DNA of 64,000 nucleotides from Mycobacteriales bacterium (lineage in GTDB: Bacteria; Actinomycetota; Actinomycetes; Mycobacteriales; CADCTP01). Position 1 is the stretch's first letter. Each line of letters begins with the position of its first letter. The stretch is from the NCBI GenBank assembly GCA_036558285.1, contig DATBFW010000137.1, positions 8,697 through 72,696 on the forward strand. The letters run 5' to 3'. Below the pieces are notes generated by a model that saw only the letters and a program-made list of their open reading frames with translations, was not told where the DNA came from and did not search any database. A program made the position numbers and the translations under genes. Shown piece after piece: positions 25,664 through 34,973 of this stretch.

Positions 25664-26868
25664 GCCGGCGCGGCCAGCCGGGCGGTGACGATCTGCCAGG
25701 CGCGGTCGAGGCCGGCGGCCAGGCACCCGTCGACGACCGCATCGGTGCCGAGCGCGCTCACCCGCAGCTCGGGCAGCACCGGCGCCATCCGCCGCACCTC
25801 GCGGGCGACCGCGGCGAGGAAGCCGGCGGCCTGGCCGACGCCGCCGCCGAGCACGACCAGCTCCGGGTCGGCGACCGCGACCACCGTGCACAGCGCCCTG
25901 GCGATCAGCTGGGCTTCGGTGGCGACCACCGTGCCGGCCCGCGGGTCGCCGGTCTCGGCGGCCGCGAACACCGACCGCGCGGTCAGCCGGCCGCGCAGGC
26001 CCGCCCGGCGGGCCGAGCGGACGATGCCGGCGGCGGACGCGGCGGCCTCGAACGGCCCGCGCCGCCGGGCGTCCCTGGCGTCGCCGGGGTGGCCGCTGGG
26101 CAGCGGCAGGAAGCCGATCTCGCCGGCCGCTCCGTGCGCGCCGCGGTGCAGCTGTCCGCCGATGACCAGGCCGAGGCCGATGCCGGTGCCGATGGAGACG
26201 AAGGCGAAGTCGGGCACGTCGCGGCCGTGCCCATGCGCCTGCTCGGCCAGCGCGGCCGCGTTCACGTCGTTCTCCAGCCGCAGCGCCGGCCCGAACGCCG
26301 CCCGCAGCTCGGCCAGCACCGACGGCTGGTCCCACTGCGGCAGCGCACCGGCCATCCGCAGCGCGTCCCGCTTCGGGTCGTAGACGCCGGGGCTGCCGAG
26401 CACCGTCTGGGTGACGTCGGCCAGGTCGAGACCGGCGTCCGCGCACAGGCTCTTGGCCAGCCGGTGCAGCTCGGCGACCCGCTCGTGCCCGGTGGTGGCG
26501 GCGGTCCGCACCGTCGAGCGGGCCCGGACCGCGCCGGACAGGTCGCTGACCGCGCCGCGCAGGAACTCGCTGCCGGCATCGAGGGCGAGCACCGAGCCGG
26601 TTTCCGGGCGGACCTCGTAAAGCAGCGCGGCCCGGCCCGGTGCACCCGTTTTCAGCCCGGAGGTGCGGATCAGGCCGGCCCGCTCCAGGTTGGCCAGCGC
26701 CAGCGAGACGGTCGGCTTGGACAGCCGGGACATCCGGGCCAGATCCGGCCGGGAGATCTTGCCGGCCCCGCGGATGTAGTCCAGCAGCAGCTGCTCGTTG
26801 AGGGAGCGGATCAACTGCTGCCGCGCCGGCGCGCCCCCCGCCGCCTCAACCGCCACGAGTCCTCCCAC
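25660..26868 (-). CDS. ROK-family transcriptional regulator
   Basis: The N-terminal wHTH is ISRPDLARMSRLSKPTVSLALANLERAGLI, followed by a ROK sugar-kinase-like domain (LALDAGSEF..., VSIGTGIGLGLVIGGQLHRGAHGAAGEIG). Confidence 0.9.
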   Translation of the reverse strand: MGGLVAVEAAGGAPARQQLIRSLNEQLLLDYIRGAGKISRPDLARMSRLSKPTVSLALANLERAGLIRTSGLKTGAPGRAALLYEVRPETGSVLALDAGSEFLRGAVSDLSGAVRARSTVRTAATTGHERVAELHRLAKSLCADAGLDLADVTQTVLGSPGVYDPKRDALRMAGALPQWDQPSVLAELRAAFGPALRLENDVNAAALAEQAHGHGRDVPDFAFVSIGTGIGLGLVIGGQLHRGAHGAAGEIGFLPLPSGHPGDARDARRRGPFEAAASAAGIVRSARRAGLRGRLTARSVFAAAETGDPRAGTVVATEAQLIARALCTVVAVADPELVVLGGGVGQAAGFLAAVAREVRRMAPVLPELRVSALGTDAVVDGCLAAGLDRAWQIVTARLAAPA

Positions 26869-26918
26869 CGGAGAGTTCTACCACCGGCCGGCGAACAGCC
26901 CCTTGCCGCCGGTTGAAT

Positions 26919-26932
26919 GAAAGTCTAGTTTC
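26919..26932. promoter_or_regulatory. candidate operator (imperfect palindrome GAAA-N6-TTTC) in the ROK/ABC divergent region
   Basis: GAAAGTCTAGTTTC lies inside the only AT-rich stretch (TTGAATGAAAGTCTAGTTTCCTAACAATCAGG) of the 100-bp divergent intergenic region. Confidence 0.3.
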
Positions 26933-26968
26933 CTAACAATCAGGCGTCCATCGAATCAGGGGGCCGCG

Positions 26969-28690
26969 ATGAAGACGACCCGCATCACGATCGCCGCCGC
27001 AGCCCTGTCGGTCAGCCTGCTGGCCGCCGCCTGCAGCGGAACGGCGACGAACACCTCCACCGACAACGGGAGTGGCGGCGGCACCGGCGCCCGCGAGGGC
27101 AGCAGCACCGACAAGGCCGTACACAAGCAGGGCGGCTCGGTCACGATCGCCAACGTGCAGGGCCAGACCTGGACCTGCCAGTTCAACCCGTTCAACCCGG
27201 CGGTCAACACGACCGCGCTCGGCTTCGTCTACGAGCCGCTGGTCTACGTCAACCTGCTGCAGGACCAGAAGGAGACGCCGATGCTGGCGTCCTCCTACCA
27301 GTGGAACGCGGACAAGACCTCCATCGTCTTCACGATCCGCCCGAACGTGAAGTGGAACGACGGCCAGCCGCTGTCCGCCGAGGACGTCGCATACACGTTC
27401 GACATCATGAAGCGGGTGCCGGCGACCGACCTCTACGCGCTGTGGACCGGGGCCGGCCTGCGCAGCGTCACCGCCGCCGGCGACAAGGTGACGATGAGCT
27501 TCGGCCAGCCCGCGGGGCCGTACTTCTTCAACTTCGCCAACCAGATCGGCATCGTCCCCAAGCACATCTTCTCCACCGGTGAGGCGGCGCAGCACCCGGA
27601 CACCTGGGCCGACCCGGCGCCGGTCGGCACCGGGCCGTACAAGGTCGACCCGTGCAGCGCGAACAACATCCAGTACGTGGCGAACACGAGCTACTGGCAG
27701 CCCGGCAAGCCCTACCTGCAGAAGATCCAGTATCCGGCGTACCTGGACAACGGGCCGGCGAACCTCGACCTGGCCAGCGGCAAGGCCCAGTGGGGCAGCC
27801 AGTTCATCCCGAACATCAAGGCGCTCTACCTCAACAAGTCCAAGGACAACCACACCTGGTCGCCGCCGGTGACCAACGTCGAGATCGTGCCGAACCTCGA
27901 CCCGTCGCACGCGGCGACGAGCAAGCTCGAGGTGCGGCAGGCGATCTCGCTGGCCCTCGACCGGCAGAAGATCGCATTGATCGGTGAGGGCGGCCAGCAG
28001 CCGCCGGGCAACCAGACCGGCGTGGTGGTGCCGACCTTCCAGAAGTACTACGACCAGGCCGCGGTGGCGGCGGCCGGCTACGACAAGCCCAACCCGGACA
28101 AGGCCAAGAGCCTGATGAGCGGGCTCGGCTACACCGAGGCCAACCCGCTCAAGCTCACGATCATCACGATCACCGGCTACACCGACTGGGACGCCTCGCT
28201 GGCGGTGGTCAAGCAGCAGCTCAAGCCGATCGGCATCGACCTGAGCGTCTCCGACCTGGCCCAGCAGACCTTCGACAACCGGCTCTACACCGGCGACTTC
28301 GACCTCGCCTACTACGGCCAGGCCGGCGGTCCAACGCCGTACTACGAGCTGCGGCAGATGCTCTACTCGAAGAACACGGCGCCGATCGGCAAGCCGGCCA
28401 GCACGAACTACGAGCGGTACATCAACAAGGACGTCGACGCGCTGTTCGACCAGTACCCGACGGCCGACGACGCCGGCCAGGTCGACATCGTCAAGAAGGT
28501 CGGCGCCGCGATGATGAAGGACATCCCGATCATCCCGACCACGGAGTCGGTCAACTGGTTCCAGTACAACACCGAGGACCTCGCCGGCTGGCCGACCGAG
28601 GCCGACCCGTACGCGCAGCCGGCGGCGTTCAACGTGCCGGACGTCGAGCAGGTGCTGCTGCACGTCTACTCGAAGTCCGCTCAGAACTAG
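26969..28690 (+). CDS. ABC transporter substrate-binding lipoprotein (family 5, Opp/Dpp type)
   Basis: 573-aa ORF with signal and lipobox LLAAAC. Its length and pattern are typical of peptide/oligosaccharide-binding family 5 SBPs. Confidence 0.9.
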   Translation: MKTTRITIAAAALSVSLLAAACSGTATNTSTDNGSGGGTGAREGSSTDKAVHKQGGSVTIANVQGQTWTCQFNPFNPAVNTTALGFVYEPLVYVNLLQDQKETPMLASSYQWNADKTSIVFTIRPNVKWNDGQPLSAEDVAYTFDIMKRVPATDLYALWTGAGLRSVTAAGDKVTMSFGQPAGPYFFNFANQIGIVPKHIFSTGEAAQHPDTWADPAPVGTGPYKVDPCSANNIQYVANTSYWQPGKPYLQKIQYPAYLDNGPANLDLASGKAQWGSQFIPNIKALYLNKSKDNHTWSPPVTNVEIVPNLDPSHAATSKLEVRQAISLALDRQKIALIGEGGQQPPGNQTGVVVPTFQKYYDQAAVAAAGYDKPNPDKAKSLMSGLGYTEANPLKLTIITITGYTDWDASLAVVKQQLKPIGIDLSVSDLAQQTFDNRLYTGDFDLAYYGQAGGPTPYYELRQMLYSKNTAPIGKPASTNYERYINKDVDALFDQYPTADDAGQVDIVKKVGAAMMKDIPIIPTTESVNWFQYNTEDLAGWPTEADPYAQPAAFNVPDVEQVLLHVYSKSAQN

Positions 28691-28698
28691 GCGGCCTC

Positions 28699-29700
28699 GT
28701 GCGTTACCTGCTGCGGCGGCTGGGCTTCTTCCTGCTCACGCTCTGGGCGGCGCTCACGCTGAACTTCATCATCCCGAGGTTCATGCCGGGCAGCCCGCTG
28801 CAGGCGCTGCGGGACCGTACGCACAACAAGCTGTCCCCGGCCGCGCTGGAGCAGATGCTCACCTCGTACGGGTTCAAGCCGAACGAGAACGTGGTCGTGC
28901 AGTACCTCGACTACCTGAAGAACATGGTCACCGGGCAGTGGGGGATCTCCATCGGGGCCACGCTGGGCGAGCCGGTGACCCGGATCGTCCGGCAGGCCCT
29001 GCCCTGGACGCTCGGGCTGGTCGGGGTGACCACCGTGCTGGCGTTCCTGCTCGGCTCGCTGATCGGCATCGTCGCCGGCTGGCGGCGCGGCAGCCGGCTG
29101 GACTCGCTGCTGCCGCCGGCGTTCGTGGTCACCTCGGCACTGCCGTACTTCTGGGTCGGCCTGCTGCTGATCCTGGTGTTCTCGGTGTGGACCGGCGGCC
29201 TGCTGCCCAGCGACTTCAACTACGACAGCGGGCTGCAGCCGGCGTTCACCCCGGCCTTCGTGTTCAGCGTGTTCTCGCACGCGCTGCTGCCGGCCGCCAC
29301 GATCCTCATCACCTCGATCGGCGGCTGGATCCTCACCATGCGGAACAACATGATCACCACGCTGGCCGAGGACTACGTCCGGATGGGTCGGGCGAAGGGG
29401 CTGTCCGACCGGCGGATCATGACCGCATACGCGGCCCGCAACGCGATGCTGCCGAACCTGTCCGGGTTCGCCATGTCGCTCGGCTTCGTGATCGCCGGCT
29501 CGATCCTGGTCGAGTACGTCTTCAACTACCCGGGCCTCGGCTACCTGCTCTACAACTCCGTCCAGAACACCGACTACCCGCTCATGCAGGCGCTGTTCAT
29601 GCTGTTCACGGTGGCTGTGCTGGTCGCCGTGCTGGTCTGTGACATCGCGATCGCCTTCCTCGACCCGCGCTCCCGGGAGCGGGATCGGAGCGGTCGATGA
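28699..29700 (+). CDS. ABC transporter permease (DppB/OppB type)
   Basis: MRYLLRRLGFFLLTLWAALTLNFIIPRFMPGSP is the canonical N-terminus. The EAA-loop region is EDYVRMGRAKGL. Confidence 0.9.
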   Translation: MRYLLRRLGFFLLTLWAALTLNFIIPRFMPGSPLQALRDRTHNKLSPAALEQMLTSYGFKPNENVVVQYLDYLKNMVTGQWGISIGATLGEPVTRIVRQALPWTLGLVGVTTVLAFLLGSLIGIVAGWRRGSRLDSLLPPAFVVTSALPYFWVGLLLILVFSVWTGGLLPSDFNYDSGLQPAFTPAFVFSVFSHALLPAATILITSIGGWILTMRNNMITTLAEDYVRMGRAKGLSDRRIMTAYAARNAMLPNLSGFAMSLGFVIAGSILVEYVFNYPGLGYLLYNSVQNTDYPLMQALFMLFTVAVLVAVLVCDIAIAFLDPRSRERDRSGR

Positions 29701-30653
29701 CCGCGCTGCTCGTCGACTCCAGCACGTCCACCGCCGCGCCGGTCCGGCGCCGGGGCGGCGGTCTGTGGGGCGCGATCCGCGGCAGCCGCAAGGCGATGAT
29801 CGGCCTGGCGATCTTCGGTGTGTTCGCCGTGCTGGCCGCGGTGCCGCAGCTGTTCACGTCGGTGCGCGACCCCAACGCGCTGGAGTTCCAGCCAGGTCTC
29901 GGCTCGTCCCGCGAGCACCTGCTCGGCACCACCGCACTCGGCCAGGACATCTTCGCCCAGCTGGTCTACGGCACCCGGCAGTCGCTGGTGATCGCGCTGG
30001 TCGCCGGGTTCTTCGCCACCGTGCTGTCGGTGCTGGTCGGCGTCTCGGCCGCGTACCTGGGCGGGCTCTCGGACGAGGCACTGACCATGCTGACCAACGT
30101 CTTCCTGGTCCTGCCGACGTTCCCGCTGATCATCATCCTGGCCACGTACGCGGGGAAGGGCACGCTGACGGTCGTGCTCGTCGTGCTGATCGTGACGGGC
30201 TGGTCGTACGGGGCGAACCAGCTGCGCGCGCAGACGCTGTCGCTGCGCAACCGGGACTTCGTCGAGTCGGCGAAGGTCCGCGGCGAGCGCCGGTCGTACG
30301 TGATCTTCAAGGAAGTGCTGCCCACGATGACCTCGCTCATCGTGGCCAACTTCCTCGGCGCCGCGCTCTACTCGGTGCTGACCGCCGCCGGGCTGCAGTT
30401 CCTCGGGCTCGGCGATCCGAACTCGATCAGCTGGGGCACGATGCTCTACTGGGCGCAGAGCCAGCAGGCGCTGCAGACCGGCCTGCCGCAGTGGTCGCTC
30501 GCGCCCGGCCTCTGCGTCGCCCTGCTCGGCGTCTCGTTCGCCCTGCTCAACTATGCCTTCGACGAGATCAGCAACCCGGCACTGCGACCGGTCCGGGGGG
30601 CCAGGAGAAGGAGGAGGTTGCGTGCCCGCCGCGCCCGTGCTGGAGGTCCGTGA
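29697..30653 (+). CDS. ABC transporter permease (DppC/OppC type)
   Basis: ATGA overlap with the previous gene. It has six TM segments and FVESAKVRGERRSYVIFKEVLP. The 3' end overlaps the next start by 32 nt. Confidence 0.9.
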   Translation: MTALLVDSSTSTAAPVRRRGGGLWGAIRGSRKAMIGLAIFGVFAVLAAVPQLFTSVRDPNALEFQPGLGSSREHLLGTTALGQDIFAQLVYGTRQSLVIALVAGFFATVLSVLVGVSAAYLGGLSDEALTMLTNVFLVLPTFPLIIILATYAGKGTLTVVLVVLIVTGWSYGANQLRAQTLSLRNRDFVESAKVRGERRSYVIFKEVLPTMTSLIVANFLGAALYSVLTAAGLQFLGLGDPNSISWGTMLYWAQSQQALQTGLPQWSLAPGLCVALLGVSFALLNYAFDEISNPALRPVRGARRRRRLRARRARAGGP

Positions 30654-31710
30654 CCTCCGGGTCGAGTACGTCACCACCCGCGGCGCCGTCGCCGCCGTGG
30701 ACGGCGTCGACCTCGACGTGCACGAGGGCGAGTTCGTCGGCCTGGTCGGCGAGTCGGCCTGCGGCAAGTCCACGCTGCTGTTCGCGATCGCGCAGCTGCT
30801 CAGCCCGCCGGCCACCGTGCGCGGCGGCAGCGTCGTGTTCCGCGGCCACGACCTGGTCACCATGACCGACCGGCAGCTGCAGTCGCTGCGCTGGCGGGAC
30901 TACTCGGTGGTCATGCAGAGCGCGATGAACGCGCTCAACCCGGTCATGTCGATCGGCGCCCAGTTCGAGGACGTGCTGGCGGCGCACACCCGGATGACCG
31001 GCCGGCAGATGACCGAACGCTCGGTCGAGGTGCTCCGGCTGGTCGGCATCGACCCGATCCACCTGCGCAGCTACCCGCACCAGCTGTCCGGCGGGATGCG
31101 GCAGCGGGCGATGATCGCGATGGCGCTGCTGTTCACGCCGGACCTGGTGATCATGGACGAGCCGACCTCGGCCCTCGACGTCGTCGCCCAGCGCTCGCTG
31201 ATGGTGCAGATCAAGGACCTGCAGCGGCGGCTGGGGTTCGCGGTCGTGTTCGTCACCCACGACATGTCGCTGGTCAGCCACTTCTCCGACCAGCTGCTGG
31301 TCATGTACGCCGGGCAGGTGGTGGAGGCCGGGCCGACCCGGACCGTGTTCGACCGGCCGGCGCACCCGTACAGCCGCGGGCTGCTGGACGCGTTCCCGTC
31401 GGTGCGCGGGCCGCGGGTGCCGCTGACCGGGATCCCCGGGGCGCCACCCGACCTGGCCCGCCCGCCGGCCGGCTGCCGGTTCCACCCGCGCTGCCCGGTC
31501 GCGTTCGACGACTGCTCGCACGTCGCGCCGGAGCTCTACCGGGTGGGGGACGCCCAGGCACGGTGCCTGCTGCACGCGCCGGACCGGCCGGTCCCGACCG
31601 CGCCGGCCGTCGGGGCGCAGGCCGTCGAGGACGCGGCCGTCGAGGACGCGGCTGTCGAGGACGCGGCTGTCGAGGACGCGGTGGTCCAGGAAGAGGAGGT
31701 GCGCAGGTGA
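30622..31710 (+). CDS. ABC transporter ATP-binding protein (DppD/OppD type) with AVEDA-repeat tail
   Basis: Track ORF 30553..31710, started at GTG 30622 after GGAGGAGG. Walker A GESACGKST, signature LSGGMRQRAMIA, Walker B VIMDEPTSALD. The tail is AVEDAAVEDAAVEDAAVEDAVVQEEE. Confidence 0.9.
   Translation: MPAAPVLEVRDLRVEYVTTRGAVAAVDGVDLDVHEGEFVGLVGESACGKSTLLFAIAQLLSPPATVRGGSVVFRGHDLVTMTDRQLQSLRWRDYSVVMQSAMNALNPVMSIGAQFEDVLAAHTRMTGRQMTERSVEVLRLVGIDPIHLRSYPHQLSGGMRQRAMIAMALLFTPDLVIMDEPTSALDVVAQRSLMVQIKDLQRRLGFAVVFVTHDMSLVSHFSDQLLVMYAGQVVEAGPTRTVFDRPAHPYSRGLLDAFPSVRGPRVPLTGIPGAPPDLARPPAGCRFHPRCPVAFDDCSHVAPELYRVGDAQARCLLHAPDRPVPTAPAVGAQAVEDAAVEDAAVEDAAVEDAVVQEEEVRR
31621..31695. repeat. 15-bp tandem repeat x4-5 (in-frame, encodes AVEDA pentapeptides)
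   Basis: GCCGTCGAGGACGCG occurs twice, then GCTGTCGAGGACGCG twice, then a degenerate copy. Confidence 0.8.
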
Positions 31711-32693
31711 CCACCCCGCTGATCGAGACGCGCGGGCTGACCAAGCACTTCAAGGTCGGCGGCGTCTTCTCGCACACCATGCTGCACGCGGTCGACGACG
31801 CCGAGTTCACCATCGGCACCGGCGAGATCGTCGCGCTGGTGGGGGAGAGCGGCAGCGGCAAGAGCACGGTCGCCCGGCTGCTGGCCAAGGTGCACCGCCC
31901 GACCAGCGGCGAGATCCTCTACCAGGGCCGCCCGCTGTCCTCGACGCGCTCGCGCCGGCAGGTCCTGGCCTACCGGGGCGACGTGCCGATGGTCTTCCAG
32001 GACCCGTTCAGCTCGCTCAACCCGGCCTACCGGGTCTCGCACGGGATCCTGCGCGGGCTCATCCTGCACCGGCCGGAGCTCGGCCGGGCCGAGCGGGCGG
32101 CCGAGGCCGAGCGGGTGGTCGAGGCGGTCGGGCTGACCCCGGCCGCCGACGTCCTCGACCGCTACCCGTACGAGTTGTCCGGCGGGCAGCGGCAGCGGAT
32201 CGGCTTCGCGCAGGCGCTGGCGTACCGGCCGAAGCTGATCCTGGCCGACGAGCCGGTCTCCATGCTGGACGTCTCGATCCGCATCGGGCTGCTCAACCTG
32301 ATGGCCTCGCTGCGCGAACGGGAGGGCGTCTCGTTCCTCTACATCACCCACGACATCGCCAGCGCCCGGTACGTCTCCGACCGGCTGCTGGTCATGTACG
32401 CCGGGCACATCGTCGAGTCCGGGCCTACCGAGAGCGTGCTGGCCGACCCGAAGCACCCGTACACGCAGCTGTTGCTGTCGGCGGTGCCGGACCCGCGGGC
32501 GCCGCTGGAGGTGCAGGCGGCCGAGGTGAGCGAGCCGCCGCTGATGATCGAGCCGGGTGAGGGCTGCCGGTTCCGCGGCCGCTGCCCGCTGGCGACCGAA
32601 CAGTGCATCGAGGTCACGCCGCTGCCGCGGGAGCTGGCGCCCGGGCACAGCGCGGCCTGCCACGAGGCCGATCGGGTGGAGGCGGGCCGGTGA
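31707..32693 (+). CDS. ABC transporter ATP-binding protein (DppF/OppF type)
   Basis: Real part of track ORF 31563..32693. GTG 31707 overlaps the previous stop (GTGA). Walker A GESGSGKST, signature LSGGQRQRIGFA, Walker B ILADEPVSMLD. Confidence 0.9.
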   Translation: MTTPLIETRGLTKHFKVGGVFSHTMLHAVDDAEFTIGTGEIVALVGESGSGKSTVARLLAKVHRPTSGEILYQGRPLSSTRSRRQVLAYRGDVPMVFQDPFSSLNPAYRVSHGILRGLILHRPELGRAERAAEAERVVEAVGLTPAADVLDRYPYELSGGQRQRIGFAQALAYRPKLILADEPVSMLDVSIRIGLLNLMASLREREGVSFLYITHDIASARYVSDRLLVMYAGHIVESGPTESVLADPKHPYTQLLLSAVPDPRAPLEVQAAEVSEPPLMIEPGEGCRFRGRCPLATEQCIEVTPLPRELAPGHSAACHEADRVEAGR

Positions 32694-33964
32694 AGATCGC
32701 GGTCGTCGGCGGCGGCAGCACCTACACGCCGGAGCTGATCGAGGGCTTCGCCCGCCGGGCCGGCGTGCTCGCCGTCGACGAGCTGGTGCTGCACGACGTG
32801 TCCGCCGACCGGCTGGACGTGGTCGGCGGCCTGGCCCGGCGGATCATGGCCGCGCAGCAGTTCCCCGGCCGGCTGGTCACCACCACCTCGCTGGAGTCCG
32901 CTGTGGACGGTGCCGTGGCCGTGCTGGTGCAGCTGCGGGTCGGCGGCCAGCGCGCCCGGCTGCTGGACGAGACGCTGCCCGGCCGGTTCGGGCTGCTGGG
33001 GCAGGAGACCACCGGCCCGGGCGGCTTCGCGAAGGCGCTGCGGACCGTGCCGGTCGTGCTCGACATCGCCGACACGGTCGCGAAGCTGGCCCGGCCGGAC
33101 GCGTGGATCGTCGACTTCACCAACCCGGTCGGCATCGTCACCCGCGCGCTGCTCGACGCCGGGCACCGGGCGGTCGGGCTGTGCAACTCCGCGATCGGCT
33201 TCCAGCGCCGGCTGGCCGGATACTTCGGCGTCGAGCCGGACCGGGTCCGGCTCGACCACGCCGGCCTCAACCACCTGACCTGGATCCGCACGGTGGAGGT
33301 GGACGGGGTGGACCGGCTGCCCGAGCTGCTCGATTCGCCGGCGCTGGCGGAGGTGGCGGCCGGCTCCGGCCTGCCGCCCGACCTGCTGCGCACGCTGCGC
33401 GCGATCCCGTCGTACTACCTGCACTACTTCTACCGCACCGACGAGGCCGTACGGGCCCAGGCGAGCGGGCCGAAGCGGGCCGAGGAGGTGCTGGCGATCG
33501 AGCGCACCCTGCTGGACATGTACGCCGACCCGGCCCTTGACCACAAGCCGGCGCTGCTCGAACAGCGCGGCGGCGCCTACTACAGCGAGGCGGCCGCGGC
33601 GCTCGTCACCTCCCTGCTGACCGGCGACGGCGCGCACCACTACGTAGACGTGCGCAACGACGGCACCCTCGCCGGGCTGCCGGCCGAGGCGGTGGTCGAG
33701 GTGCCCGCGCTGGTCGACACGGCCGGACCGCACCCGGTGCCGGTCGACCCGCTGCCGCCGGAGATGCTCGGCCTCGTCCAGGCGGTGACCGCGTACGAGG
33801 TGCTGACCATCGAGGCGGCCCGGAGCGGGGACCGCCGCACCGCGCTGCGCGCGCTGCTGGCCAACCCGCTGGTGCGGCAGTGGGACCTCGCGGTGCCGCT
33901 GCTGGAGGCGCTGCTGGACGCCAACCGCCCGCACCTGCCGCGGTTCTTCGCCGCCGATGCCTGA
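32690..33964 (+). CDS. glycoside hydrolase family 4 enzyme (6-phospho-beta-glucosidase type)
   Basis: Real part of track ORF 32603..33964. GTG 32690 overlaps the previous stop. VKIAVVGGGSTYTPELIEG is the GH4 NAD fold. It also has GLCNSAIG and LNHLTW. Confidence 0.9.
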   Translation: MKIAVVGGGSTYTPELIEGFARRAGVLAVDELVLHDVSADRLDVVGGLARRIMAAQQFPGRLVTTTSLESAVDGAVAVLVQLRVGGQRARLLDETLPGRFGLLGQETTGPGGFAKALRTVPVVLDIADTVAKLARPDAWIVDFTNPVGIVTRALLDAGHRAVGLCNSAIGFQRRLAGYFGVEPDRVRLDHAGLNHLTWIRTVEVDGVDRLPELLDSPALAEVAAGSGLPPDLLRTLRAIPSYYLHYFYRTDEAVRAQASGPKRAEEVLAIERTLLDMYADPALDHKPALLEQRGGAYYSEAAAALVTSLLTGDGAHHYVDVRNDGTLAGLPAEAVVEVPALVDTAGPHPVPVDPLPPEMLGLVQAVTAYEVLTIEAARSGDRRTALRALLANPLVRQWDLAVPLLEALLDANRPHLPRFFAADA

Positions 33965-34012
33965 CCGCGACGGCTGACCGTGGTGGCTGACCATGGTGGC
34001 TGACCACGTCGT
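33961..34012. repeat. 13-bp tandem repeat x4 across the GH4 stop / kinase start junction
   Basis: CTGACCGCGACGG, CTGACCGTGGTGG, CTGACCATGGTGG, CTGACCACGTCGT. The repeat contains the GH4 TGA (33962-33964) and the kinase ATG (33993). Confidence 0.6.
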
Positions 34013-34970
34013 CGCCGTCGACGGGGGCAACTCGAAGACCGACGTGGTGATCGCGTCGACCACCGGCCGGGTGCTGGCACGGGTGCGCGGGCCCGGCGTG
34101 CTGTCACCGCTGGCCGATCCGGCCGGCTGGCGGGACGGGCTCGTCTCGCTGGTGGCCGAGGCCCGGCGGGCGGCCGGGGTGCGGACCACGGCGGTGTCCG
34201 CGGCGTACTTCCTGGCCAACGTCGACCTGGCGATCGAGCGCCGGATCGCCCGCCGCGAGCTCGGCCGGGCCGGGCAGGCGGAGGTCACCGTTGTCGGCAA
34301 CGACACGCTGGCCGTGCTGCGCGCCGGCGCCGCCCGGGACTGGGGGGTCGCGGTCGTCTCCGGCGCCGGCATCAACGCGGTCGGGGTGCATCCGTCCGGG
34401 CGGACGGCCGGCTTCCTCGCGCTCGGCGACTACACCGGCGACTCGGGCGGCGGCATCGGGTTGGGCATCGCGGCGCTCGGGGCGGCGGTGCGGGCCCGGG
34501 ACGGCCGCGGGCCGGCGACGCTGTTGGCCACCTCGGTGCCGGCGGCGTTCGGGCTGCGCCGGCCGGCGGAGGTGGCCGTGGCCGTGCACACCGGCGCGAT
34601 CCGGTACGACGGGCTGCACCGGCTGGCGCCGGTGCTGTTCGCGACCGCGGCGGCCGGGGACCCGGTGGCCACCGGCCTGGTGGACGCGTTCGCCGACGAG
34701 GTCGCGGTGATGGCCACCGCGCTGATCCGCCGGCTGCGGCTGACCCGCAGCGACGTCGAGGTGGTGCTCGGCGGCGGTACCCTGCAGACCGGCAACGGCG
34801 TGCTGCACGATCGGGTCGCCGCCGGGATCGCCGCGGTGGCCGCGAAGGCCACGGTCACCGTGCTGGACGCGCCGCCGGTGTTCGGTGCGGTGGTCGAGGC
34901 GATGACCGTCGCGGGCGCGCCGCCGGCCGCGCTCCGGCGGGCGCGCCGCGCCCTGCTCGCCGGCCGGTAG
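33993..34970 (+). CDS. BadF/BadG/BcrA/BcrD-type ATPase (N-acetylglucosamine-kinase-like sugar kinase)
   Basis: MVADHVVAVDGGNSKTDVVIA is the ASKHA phosphate-1 motif. It also has VVSGAGINAVG and VVLGGGTL. Confidence 0.8.
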   Translation: MVADHVVAVDGGNSKTDVVIASTTGRVLARVRGPGVLSPLADPAGWRDGLVSLVAEARRAAGVRTTAVSAAYFLANVDLAIERRIARRELGRAGQAEVTVVGNDTLAVLRAGAARDWGVAVVSGAGINAVGVHPSGRTAGFLALGDYTGDSGGGIGLGIAALGAAVRARDGRGPATLLATSVPAAFGLRRPAEVAVAVHTGAIRYDGLHRLAPVLFATAAAGDPVATGLVDAFADEVAVMATALIRRLRLTRSDVEVVLGGGTLQTGNGVLHDRVAAGIAAVAAKATVTVLDAPPVFGAVVEAMTVAGAPPAALRRARRALLAGR

Positions 34971-34973
34971 CGG

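Noticed and set aside
26911-26940. The AT-rich box upstream of the ABC operon as a DasR (dre) site.
   Set aside because: GAAAGTCTAGTTTC shares only the central TCTAG with the dre consensus as I remember it (ACTGGTCTAGACCACT-like). A ROK-type operator is the more conservative reading, and even that is unproven.
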